This document shows, in pieces, positions 37,681-48,528 of a stretch of DNA of 64,000 nucleotides. Position 1 is the first letter of the stretch. Each line of letters begins with the position of its first letter. The notes beneath the pieces are model-generated. The model saw nothing but the letters and a program-made list of their open reading frames with translations. It had not been told where the DNA came from and searched no databases. The stretch is taken from positions 1 to 64,000 of the forward strand of contig JAEUIC010000023.1 in the NCBI GenBank assembly GCA_016795285.1, written 5' to 3'. The position numbers and the translations under genes were made by a program. This DNA comes from Planctomycetota bacterium. Lineage in GTDB: Bacteria > Planctomycetota > B15-G4 > SIAN01.

Positions 37681-38331
37681 ATGACCGCCTCATCGACGCC
37701 CCTCTCGACCACCTTCCCTGCCGAGGCCATCGCGCGCCTCGCCGCGGGCGACCGCGCCGCGTTGGCCGACTGCTTCCGGCAGTTCGGCGCGCGCGTCTGG
37801 CGGATCGCGAAGGGGCTGCTCGGCCAGGCGGCGGAGGCGGACGACGCGGTGCAGGAGGTCTTCCTCAAGGTGCGGGAGAAGGCGGCGCAGTTCGATGGGC
37901 GTGGCGCGTTCGAGGGGTGGCTGCGGCAGATCGCCGTGCGCCACTGCCTCGATCGCCTCGCGCAGCGGCGCCGCGACCGGCTCGCGCCCGCGGACGCCGC
38001 GCTGCGGGAGGCGCCGGCGCGAGCGCGGAGCGACGTCGCCGCGCTCGAGGACCGCGAGCAGCTCGAGCGGGCGCTCGAACGGCTGCCGGAGGAGTTCCGG
38101 ACGATCCTGCTGCTGCGCGAGATCGGCGGCTTCTCCTACCGCGAGCTCGCCGACGCGCTCGAGGTGCCGATCGGGACGGTGATGTCGCGGCTGGCGCGGG
38201 CGCGCGAGCGGCTGCTCGGCCATGCGCCGCTGGCGACGAAGGGCGCGGCGCCCGCGGCGGCGGAGCGGCGCGCGGCGGCGACGCACGAGACGGACGTGGA
38301 ACGAGGAGCGAGCGATGCGACCGGGCGATGA
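37681..38331 (+). CDS. ECF-type RNA polymerase sigma factor
   Basis: Region 2 DDAVQEVFLKV and region 4 LLLREIGGFSYRELADALEVPIGTVMSRLARARERL. Start MTASSTP at 37681. Confidence 0.8.
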   Translation: MTASSTPLSTTFPAEAIARLAAGDRAALADCFRQFGARVWRIAKGLLGQAAEADDAVQEVFLKVREKAAQFDGRGAFEGWLRQIAVRHCLDRLAQRRRDRLAPADAALREAPARARSDVAALEDREQLERALERLPEEFRTILLLREIGGFSYRELADALEVPIGTVMSRLARARERLLGHAPLATKGAAPAAAERRAAATHETDVERGASDATGR

Positions 38332-38881
38332 AGCGATCGAGCTCGACTGCGCGGCGGCGCGGCTAGCGGCGAGCCGCTGCTGCGATGGCGAAGGCGGCGA
38401 CGACGGCGCGCTCGAGCGCCATCTGGCCGGCTGCCCTGCGTGCTGCGAGTTCGCGGAGGCGTTGCCCTCGCTGGCGCAGGCGGTGCGCGCGAGCGTCGCA
38501 GAGCCCGACGGCGCGGCGCTGGCGGCGCTCGCGGCGCGGCTGCTGCTGCGCGCCGGCGGCCAGGAGCGCGCGGGCTGGCGCGGCGAGCACGGTGAGCCGC
38601 CGCGCGGCCGCGTGCTGCGTTGGCCGCGCGGGGCGCGCTTCGCGGCGGGGCTGATCGGCGCGGCGCTGGTCGGCCTGCCGGCGTGGGCGCTGCGGCGCGG
38701 AGCCGTGGACGGCGCGCTCGCCGCCGGAACGGCCGCAGCAACGGACGGCGTGCGCGCGGCGCCGCTGGTGCTCGCAGAATCGGCGTGGCTCGCGCCGCTG
38801 CAGGGGGTCGCGCTGTTGCCGGCCGATGCGTCGCTGGTGCCGTGGCGAGAGGCGCTCGGCGCCGAAGGAGGTGCGCGATGA
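38315..38881 (+). CDS. Putative zinc-binding anti-sigma factor (ChrR/RsrA-like HxxxCxxC)
   Basis: ERHLAGCPACCEF motif, a central TM helix (FAAGLIGAALVGLPAWAL), and an overlap with the sigma gene. Start MRPGDEAIELD at 38315. Confidence 0.6.
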   Translation: MRPGDEAIELDCAAARLAASRCCDGEGGDDGALERHLAGCPACCEFAEALPSLAQAVRASVAEPDGAALAALAARLLLRAGGQERAGWRGEHGEPPRGRVLRWPRGARFAAGLIGAALVGLPAWALRRGAVDGALAAGTAAATDGVRAAPLVLAESAWLAPLQGVALLPADASLVPWREALGAEGGAR

Positions 38882-39429
38882 ACGGTTCCTTCGTCCCCTG
38901 GCTGCTCGGCGGCGCGCTGGTGGCGAGCCTCTCGTGGAACGCGCTGCAGTGGGTCGACCGCGCGACGCCGGCCGACGGGGCGCGCGAGGCGGCGGCGCCG
39001 CGCGACGCGACGGGCCGCTCCGCGGCGAACGCCGCGGGGATGCAGGGCGGCGGTTGCAAGGCGGCGCTGGCGCGCGCTGGCCTCGCGCTCGATCCGGCGC
39101 GTCAAGCCGAGGTCGAGCAGCTGCTCGCGCGCTGCGACGAAGGGTGCACGAGCGACGATGCGCAGGCCGCGGCGCTGTCGAGCGCCCTGTTCGCCGCGCT
39201 GCGCGGCGCGGAGCCGCTCGATGCGGCGGCGCTGCGCGGGCGCGCTCGTGAACTCGGCGAGCTGCGGGCGGCGGCGGTCGCGCGCTCGATCGACTCGCTG
39301 GTGCGGCTGCGCGAACTCCTGGGGGCGGGCGACTTCGTCAAGCTGCTCGACGCGTGCTGCGGCACCGACGGCTGCGGCGGGAGCTGCGGCCCTGGCGACG
39401 TCGCTCCTGGCAATGGCGGCGCGGAATAA
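38878..39429 (+). CDS. Periplasmic helical protein with a C-terminal Cys cluster (possible CpxP/ZraP/Spy-like stress protein)
   Basis: Signal-anchor (MNGSFVPWLLGGALVASL), helical Ala/Leu/Arg-rich body, and a CCGTDGCGGSCGPGD tail. The ATGA overlap with the anti-sigma gene indicates co-transcription. Confidence 0.45.
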   Translation: MNGSFVPWLLGGALVASLSWNALQWVDRATPADGAREAAAPRDATGRSAANAAGMQGGGCKAALARAGLALDPARQAEVEQLLARCDEGCTSDDAQAAALSSALFAALRGAEPLDAAALRGRARELGELRAAAVARSIDSLVRLRELLGAGDFVKLLDACCGTDGCGGSCGPGDVAPGNGGAE

Positions 39430-39496
39430 ACGGCGCGGGCGGCGCGGTCCTCCTGGCGCGCGCTCGCGATGGGGCGACGCGCACCTGGAGCGAGCG

Positions 39497-39847
39497 ATGG
39501 TGAAGACCTTGGTGATCTCGTTCGGCGCGGCCTCGCTGGCGGCGCTCGGCTACGCGGGGACGCGCGGCGGCGAGGAGGGCTGTTGCGCGCCGAAGGGCGC
39601 CGCCGCGAAGGCGGCCCCGAGCGAGTGCTGCGCGAGCGAGCCGCGGCCGGCGACGATCGAGTGCACCGGCAGCGCGTGCGTCGTGCGCTACACGACCAGC
39701 GACGGCCGCGACGGCGTGATCGAGATCGCCTGCGACGGCGACGCGTGCAAGGTGGTGCGCTGCGAGCCGGCGTGCGACCGCGGCTGCGGGCCGGCCGATT
39801 GCCCGGACGGCGGCGGCTCCGGTGAGTGCTGCTCGAAGCGCGACTGA
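39497..39847 (+). CDS. Small secreted cysteine-rich protein (14 Cys in about 95 mature residues)
   Basis: Signal peptide MVKTLVISFGAASLAALGYA; mature part CCAPKG...ECCASE...CTGSAC...CDGDAC...CEPACDRGCGPADC...ECCSKRD. Confidence 0.5.
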   Translation: MVKTLVISFGAASLAALGYAGTRGGEEGCCAPKGAAAKAAPSECCASEPRPATIECTGSACVVRYTTSDGRDGVIEIACDGDACKVVRCEPACDRGCGPADCPDGGGSGECCSKRD

Positions 39848-39943
39848 GCGGCGGGGGCGGCGGCGCGCGCGGCGGTGCGGGTGACGGGCGGCGCGCGCGA
39901 ACTTCGTTCGTTCCGGCGACCCGCACCGTCGCCGGAGCCGCGC

Positions 39944-40660
39944 GTGAAGAAGCTGATCCACTACGTCTGGATGGGATCCGCCATCCTCAACACCGAAGAG
40001 AACCCCGACGTCGGGATCCTCGCCACGTGGGCGCGCTTGAACCCCGACTGGAAGGTGAACCTCTGGGTCGTCCACAAGCTGCTCGACAAGCGGGCGCGCC
40101 AGCAGATCGCGACGATCGGGAACAACTTCCACATCGAGATCCGCGACTGCGTCGACCAGGACAAGCGGGTGCTCGTCGGGTTGAACGACCAGTTCACCCA
40201 TGAGCTCTTCACGAAGTACCCGAACTACGGCGCCGCCAGCGACATCCTGCGCGTCGCGATCCTGATCAAGGAGGGCGGCCTCTACGTCGACCACGAGATC
40301 GTGCCGAAGGTGCCGCTCGGCAACCTGAACGCATCGCGCGGGCTGCTGGTCCACTTCGTCGGCGGCACCCCCACCAACGACATCCTCTATTCCGACTGCG
40401 TCGCCCACTCCTTCTTCGTGAAGTACCGCGAGCGGCTGATCGAGCGCTACGACACCGCCGATCCGAAGGTGCTGAAGCTGCGGCGCACCGACAAGGAGCT
40501 GAAGAACCAGACGACGCAGGACATGTCCGGCCCGGGGCTCCTCTGGGACGTGCTGCAGGAGACCGGCTACACCTCGCTCGAACGCCCGACCCCCGCCGAG
40601 ATCCGCTTCCCCGACGACCGCATCCGCGTGCCGACCACCTCGGCGACGAGCTGGCTCTAG
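39944..40660 (+). CDS. GT32-like glycosyltransferase (Gly_transf_sug / TcdA-TcdB-Lgt-type catalytic fold) with lower GC
   Basis: KKLIHYVWMGS (the IHxxWxG motif) and ASDILRVAILIKEGGLYVDHE (DXD region). GC is clearly lower than the flanks. Possible GTG start at 39944; an ATG start at 39875 is also possible. Confidence 0.6.
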   Translation: MKKLIHYVWMGSAILNTEENPDVGILATWARLNPDWKVNLWVVHKLLDKRARQQIATIGNNFHIEIRDCVDQDKRVLVGLNDQFTHELFTKYPNYGAASDILRVAILIKEGGLYVDHEIVPKVPLGNLNASRGLLVHFVGGTPTNDILYSDCVAHSFFVKYRERLIERYDTADPKVLKLRRTDKELKNQTTQDMSGPGLLWDVLQETGYTSLERPTPAEIRFPDDRIRVPTTSATSWL

Positions 40661-40811
40661 CGCCGGCGCCGGAACCCGCACCGCCGCCGCGACCGGCGCA
40701 GCGATCGGCCCGCCGCCGCTCGGCCGCTCCGCTCCCGCCCGCTACCGATCGGCCGCCTCGCGCGTACCACGTCCCTGCGCCGGCCAGTGGCGCCGACCTC
40801 GGAGCCCGCGC

Positions 40812-42014
40812 ATGGCCCTCTCCGCCGCTGCCGCCTTCGGACTGCTGCTGTCGTGGTTCGCGCTCGATCCGGCGGCGTCGGCGGCTTCCGCGGCGTCTTG
40901 CTCCCGGATCGGGACGCTCGCGAGGAGCGCGCTGCGGAGCGGTCCGAACGTCGCGCCGCCGGCGGACGACGACGATCGCAAGGGCAAGCCGAAGCGGCCG
41001 GCGACCGCCGACCCGAGCGCGGTCGTGGAGGGCGCGGCCGGGCAGGAACTCGACGAGTTCATGCAGTCGGCGCAGCACTTCCCCGAGGGGTTCAACGGCT
41101 GCGTGCTGGTCGCGAAGGAGGGCGCGGTCCTCCTCGCGAAGGGGTACGGCGTCGCCAAGGCCGACCCGCCGACGCCGATGCGCGCCGACGCGCTGTGGGA
41201 TTGGTGCAGCGTCAGCAAGCAGTTCACGGCGGCGGCCGTGCTGAAGCTCGAGATGCAGAAGAAGCTGAAGCTCGATGATCCGCTGAAGAAGTTCTGGAAG
41301 GACGCGCCGAAGGACAAGCAGGCGATCACGGTGCGCCAGCTGCTGAACCACACCTCGGGGCTCCCCACCGCGCCCGAGCTCGATCGCGCGAAGCTGTTCG
41401 ATCGCGACGCGACCGCGCAGGGGATCCTCGCCGCGCCGGTCGTCCGCGAGCCGGGCAAGAAGTGGGAGTACAACAACGCCGCCTACTTCCTGCTGGCCGC
41501 GTTGATCGAGCGCGTCTCGGGCGAGAGCTTCGAGGCGTACTGCCGCACGAACCTCTTCGCGCCGGCCGGCATGAAGGAGGCCGGCTTCATCGGCGACGGC
41601 AAGGCCGACCACGCGCGCGCGCCCGGCGACGCGCGCGGCACCAAGCCGCCGTTCGCCTATGGCGAGCGGATGTCGTGGGGCTACCGCGGCGCCGGCGGCG
41701 CGCTGGCATCGGTCTTCGACATGCTCGCGTGGGACGAGGCGCTGCGCGGCGACAAGCTGCTCTCGAAGGCGGCGAAGGCGCAGTACTACGCCGTCGGCCT
41801 CGAGAACTACGCGCTCGGCTGGGAGATGACGAAGGGGGCCGGCGGCCTGCGCGCGGCGCACAGCGGCCACACCGGCAACCTCGTCACCTACTACCTGCGC
41901 TTGCTCGACGAGCGCGTCGTCATCGCCATCGCCTACAGCTACGAGCCGAAGACCCACCCGTCGATCACGGTGGAGGAGCTGCTGCGGATCGCGCGATCGG
42001 CGAAGGGGAAATGA
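40812..42014 (+). CDS. Beta-lactamase-family serine hydrolase (class C / PBP4*-like esterase)
   Basis: SxxK (CSVSKQF), YxN (YNNAAY) and HSGHTG motifs; N-terminal signal region. Confidence 0.75.
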   Translation: MALSAAAAFGLLLSWFALDPAASAASAASCSRIGTLARSALRSGPNVAPPADDDDRKGKPKRPATADPSAVVEGAAGQELDEFMQSAQHFPEGFNGCVLVAKEGAVLLAKGYGVAKADPPTPMRADALWDWCSVSKQFTAAAVLKLEMQKKLKLDDPLKKFWKDAPKDKQAITVRQLLNHTSGLPTAPELDRAKLFDRDATAQGILAAPVVREPGKKWEYNNAAYFLLAALIERVSGESFEAYCRTNLFAPAGMKEAGFIGDGKADHARAPGDARGTKPPFAYGERMSWGYRGAGGALASVFDMLAWDEALRGDKLLSKAAKAQYYAVGLENYALGWEMTKGAGGLRAAHSGHTGNLVTYYLRLLDERVVIAIAYSYEPKTHPSITVEELLRIARSAKGK

Positions 42015-42090
42015 CCGGGGCGGTCGGACCGCGGGTCGCGTCACGCCTCGACGACGCGCGCGGCGAACGCGGCGCCCCCTAGGAACCACG

Positions 42091-42660
42091 ATGCGCTGCT
42101 TCCTCGCGCTCGAGCTGCCCGAAGGGGTGCGCGACCAGCTGTGCGCGATGGTCGCGAGCGCCGCCGCTTCCGAGTGTGGCGCCGCCGCCCGCTTCGTCGA
42201 TCCGCGCCAGCTCCACCTGACGCTGCTCTTCGCGGGGGCGGTCGAGGAGGCGACGGTCGCGGCGTGGCGAGCCGCCCTGTCGACGACGACGCTCCCGACG
42301 CTGCGGTTGCAGCTCGGCCCCGCCGGCGTCTTCCCGCGCCGCAACTGGCCGCGCGTCTTCTGGATCGGCCTGCGCGGCGAGGTCGACGCGCTCGTGCGCT
42401 GGCAGCGCGAACTGGCGGAGCAGGCGCGCGCGCTCGGAGTGGCGTTCGACGAGCAGCCGTTCGTGCCGCACGTGACGCTCGCGCGCGCCCGCGTGGAGGC
42501 GCCGGCGCACCGCCTCGCGGCACTGGCGGCGCGTCTCGAGGAGATCGCTGCAGCGACGCCCGCCGACCCGTTCGAGCCACCGTCGTTCACCCTGTTCCGC
42601 AGCGAGCCGGGGCCGCAGGGCGCGCGCCACGAAGCGCTGTTGCGCCGCGCGATGCGTTGA
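42091..42660 (+). CDS. thpR: RNA 2',3'-cyclic phosphodiesterase (2H phosphoesterase, LigT/ThpR)
   Basis: Two H-x-T-x motifs: HLTLLF and HVTLAR. Confidence 0.75.
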   Translation: MRCFLALELPEGVRDQLCAMVASAAASECGAAARFVDPRQLHLTLLFAGAVEEATVAAWRAALSTTTLPTLRLQLGPAGVFPRRNWPRVFWIGLRGEVDALVRWQRELAEQARALGVAFDEQPFVPHVTLARARVEAPAHRLAALAARLEEIAAATPADPFEPPSFTLFRSEPGPQGARHEALLRRAMR

Positions 42661-42690
42661 GCCGCGCGCGCAGCCGCGCTCGGCGTCGGC

Positions 42691-43188
42691 TCAGCTCCCG
42701 AACAGCTGATCGAGCCGCGAGGCGACCTGCTTGCCGAGGTCTTCCGGCGGGTAGCGCTCGTTCAGGAGCGCTTCGAGTTCCGCCTTCTGCGTGATCACGA
42801 AGGCGAGCCGCTTGCCGGTCTCCGCCTCGATGTCGGCCACCGCCTGCGGATCGAGGTCGGAGTAGGTGGCGATCAGCAGCACGTCGCCGAAGACGTCGAG
42901 CGGCAGCACCTTGTGCTGGTAGAGCGTCGCGGCCGGCAGGATCGTCTTCACGTCCTTCGGCGAGCCGTACTGCTTGGCGCTCAGGTAGGGCAGCGAGAGC
43001 TGATGGACCAGCGCCTTGGCGAGGTCGTATTCGGTCGCCAGCCCGCGCGCGAGGATGACGTCGGCGACGCGCTCGCCGCTCGCGGTCGCGTCGGCCTGCA
43101 CCTCTTCGAGCTGCTCGGGCGTGAGGATCCCCTCGGCACGCAACACCTGGCCGGCGTGGAGGGAGGAGATCTTGGTCGCGGTTCGCAT
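42691..43188 (-). CDS. Stand-alone T2SS-E N-terminal (MshEN/GspE_N) domain protein
   Basis: LGQVLRAEGILTPEQLEEVQ ... DVILARGLATEYDLAKALVHQLSLPYL matches the GspE N-terminal domain pattern; about 165 aa. Start MRTATK at 43188. Confidence 0.6.
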   Translation of the reverse strand: MRTATKISSLHAGQVLRAEGILTPEQLEEVQADATASGERVADVILARGLATEYDLAKALVHQLSLPYLSAKQYGSPKDVKTILPAATLYQHKVLPLDVFGDVLLIATYSDLDPQAVADIEAETGKRLAFVITQKAELEALLNERYPPEDLGKQVASRLDQLFGS

Positions 43189-43243
43189 GTTCGGGAGGGA
43201 AACCTCCCTGCCCCGATCGACGCCGCCCACCCCGCGACTTGAG

Positions 43244-43268
43244 GGGCGGGAAGGAAGTTCTCCCGCCC
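43244..43268 (-). terminator. Candidate terminator hairpin after the DJ-1/PfpI gene
   Basis: GGGCGGGA (9-nt loop) TCCCGCCC, an 8-bp GC stem, 30 nt downstream of the stop at 43298 on the minus strand. Confidence 0.3.
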
Positions 43269-43297
43269 GCCGCGGCGCGCCGTCGCGAGGACCGCCT

Positions 43298-44155
43298 TCA
43301 GCGCTTCTTCGCGAAGGGGTCGACGCTCGGATCGCGGTGCCACTGGTACTCGGTCCAGGCGGCCACCTGCTCGGCGCGCGCCTTGCCGTAGAGGCGCTCG
43401 ATGACGTGCAGCGCCATGTCCATGCCCGCCGAGACGCCCGACGAGGTGACGAACTCGCCGTCGTCGACCCAGCGCGCCTCGTAGACCCACTCGACCGCGC
43501 CGCTCTGCTTCACCGCGAGGTCGAACCAAAGCTTGTTCGAGGTCGCCTTGCGACCGTCGAGCAGCCCCGCCTTGGCCAGCAACGCCGAGCCGCTGCAGAC
43601 CGACGTGGTCAGCTCGGCGCGCTCCGACCGCTCGCGCAGGAAGGCGAGGAACGCCTCGTTCTCGAGCTCCTTCAGCGTCCCCATCCCGCCCGGCACCATC
43701 AGCAGGTCGAGCTCGGGACAGTCGGCAAACGAGTGGTCGGCGACCAGCGCGACGCCCTGGATCGAGTTCACGCGGCCGCTGCGCTGCGACACCGTGACGA
43801 GCCGCAGCTCGGCGACGTTGCCCCACATCTCGAGCGGGCCGCACGCGTCGAGCAGCTCGAAGCCGGGATAGAGCACGACACCTACCGTCTTCTGCTTGGC
43901 CGCCTGTGCCGCCTGCAGCGCGATCACCGCCGAACGGCTCTGCAGCGCCATGCCGCACTGCGGGCAGTTCCCGGCCGCGGCGTGGTCGACCAGGTCGCAC
44001 GGCTTCCCGCGCATCACGCACCACCACGGCTCCGCTTCCTGCGCCGCGCGCGCGCCTTCCTGGGCGACGGCGCGGCGGGCGTCCGCCACCACGAGGAGGA
44101 ACGCGGCGGCCACCGCGCAGCAGAACAGTGCCACGAGTCGACGAGGCGCATTCAT
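43298..44155 (-). CDS. DJ-1/PfpI-family protein with signal peptide and N-terminal Cys4 motif
   Basis: Catalytic-Cys elbow TTSVCSGSALLAKAGLL; upstream CDLVDHAAAGNCPQCGM; signal peptide MNAPRRLVALFCCAVAAAFLLVVA. Real start at 44155 inside the giant artefactual ORF 43298-46240. Confidence 0.7.
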   Translation of the reverse strand: MNAPRRLVALFCCAVAAAFLLVVADARRAVAQEGARAAQEAEPWWCVMRGKPCDLVDHAAAGNCPQCGMALQSRSAVIALQAAQAAKQKTVGVVLYPGFELLDACGPLEMWGNVAELRLVTVSQRSGRVNSIQGVALVADHSFADCPELDLLMVPGGMGTLKELENEAFLAFLRERSERAELTTSVCSGSALLAKAGLLDGRKATSNKLWFDLAVKQSGAVEWVYEARWVDDGEFVTSSGVSAGMDMALHVIERLYGKARAEQVAAWTEYQWHRDPSVDPFAKKR

Positions 44156-44184
44156 GGTGAGTTCACCGATGGCTTCGGGGAGCG

Positions 44185-46963
<2,779 letters not shown>

Positions 46964-46973
46964 GGAACTCCCC

Positions 46974-48071
46974 TCACAAGCTCATCGGCATCACGACGTA
47001 GGCGAAGCCCGCGGCCGGCCGGAAGACGCACGCCGCCGTCGAGTCGCGGAAGCTGAACGGCAGCTTCTCGGGCAGCTGCTTCTTGCCGAAGTCGAGCAGG
47101 AAGGCGGGGTTGAAGGAGATCTTCACCTCCGGCCCGATGTAGTCGACCGGCATCTCGCTGCGCGCATCGCCGCGCCCTTCGTGCTTGCCCGCCAGCACGA
47201 GGCTGCCCTCGCTGAAGGTCAGCGTGATGGCCGGCGCGTCATCGCCCGCCATGACGTTCACCTGGCGCACGCAGCCGAAGAAGTTGTCGCGATCGAGCTG
47301 CACCGTCGTGCCGACGTCGTCGGCCGGCACCACGCCGCGGTAGTCAGGGAACTCGGCGTCGCGCGAGGTCGCCGAGAGGACCGTGTTGCCGCAACGCAGC
47401 AGCGCGCGCCGCTTGCTCAAGTGGAGGCCGACGACCTCCGCGTTCGGACCGAGCGCGCGCAGGAAGTGGGTCACCCCCTTCAGCGGCACGATCTCCTTCA
47501 CCGGATGGGCGACCGGCTGCTCGAGCGTCGCTTCGGCCAGCGCGAGACGTCGCCCGTCGGTGCTCACCATGCGGATCGTCTTGCCGTCGAGCTCGAGCAG
47601 GATGCCGTCGATGGCGTAGCGGCCGAGCTCGCGGCTGGCGGCGAACTCGGTGCGCTCGGCGAGCTCGCGGAAGAGCGGCGCCGGGAGGTCGACGAAGTTC
47701 GGGGCATCACCGACCGCGACCTCGGGGAAGTCGGCCGGGTTCTCGCCGCTGACGCGGAACTGCCCGCGCGCCGAGCGCAGCAGGGCGACGTTCCCGTCGG
47801 TCGAGAGGTCGATCGTCTCGCCCGGCGCCTCGCGCAGGATCCCGGCCAGCATCCCGGCGGGCAGCGCGAGCGTCCCCTGCTCCTCGATCAGCAGCGGCGT
47901 GTAGCGGCAGCGCAGCGACACCTCGAGGTCGGTCGCCAGCAGCTCGAGCTCCGGCCCGTGCGTCTTGAAGAGGATGTGCTGCAGGATCGGCCGCGTACCG
48001 CGGCTGGCCGTCACTCCGCCGACGACTCCAACGATCTCCTGCAGCTCCTTGCGATCGCAGCGCAGCTTCAT
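46974..48071 (-). CDS. dnaN: DNA polymerase III beta sliding clamp
   Basis: MKLRCDRKELQEIVGVV...RPILQHILFKTHGPELELLATDLEVSL; 365 aa, three-domain length. Confidence 0.95.
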   Translation of the reverse strand: MKLRCDRKELQEIVGVVGGVTASRGTRPILQHILFKTHGPELELLATDLEVSLRCRYTPLLIEEQGTLALPAGMLAGILREAPGETIDLSTDGNVALLRSARGQFRVSGENPADFPEVAVGDAPNFVDLPAPLFRELAERTEFAASRELGRYAIDGILLELDGKTIRMVSTDGRRLALAEATLEQPVAHPVKEIVPLKGVTHFLRALGPNAEVVGLHLSKRRALLRCGNTVLSATSRDAEFPDYRGVVPADDVGTTVQLDRDNFFGCVRQVNVMAGDDAPAITLTFSEGSLVLAGKHEGRGDARSEMPVDYIGPEVKISFNPAFLLDFGKKQLPEKLPFSFRDSTAACVFRPAAGFAYVVMPMSL

Positions 48072-48528
48072 GCCTCTCCCTCACCGTTCCGCAGAGCCCG
48101 ACCGGGCTGCACTGGATGCTCGAGGCGCGGGATTCTAGGGAAGAAGAACTCGATTCGTTCGTGTCCGTGTCGATGGGGTCGCACGAATCGGGACAAGTCG
48201 CGAGCCACCTTCGGTAAGTCGAGTCAGGGCTTCGAGTTCGGAGCTTCGGCGAGAGGTCGGCCGGCGGGGAGAGACCGTGGACTCCAATCCCGATCTCCAC
48301 GCGCGGTCGGTGGAGTCGTGCCGCCGCGCGCCGAGGCTCTGGATCGTCCGCGAACTTGCCGCGGTCTTGTGCGGCGTTTGCCCGACGGATCTCCACCGAT
48401 CCTGATGGGCGCCACGGGCGAAACGGCGCACTCCGCCGGACGCCGACCGGAAGCGCCGCGGGCGGCCCCTCCCGGAGGAGAGACCGCCCGCGTGCCGATT
48501 CGTCGTGGGGTCAGGCGCGTGCTGCGGC
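48072..48528. promoter_or_regulatory. Candidate oriC / dnaN promoter region (dnaA-dnaN intergenic spacer)
   Basis: 457 bp of non-coding sequence with locally reduced GC (GGGATTCTAGGGAAGAAGAACTCGATTCGTTCGTG). DnaA-box-like 9-mers with 2 mismatches to TTATCCACA occur at 48291-48300 (GATCTCCAC) and 48388-48397 (GATCTCCAC), with inverted partial copies at about 48278 (GTGGACTCC) and about 48311 (TGGAGTCGTG). Confidence 0.4.
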
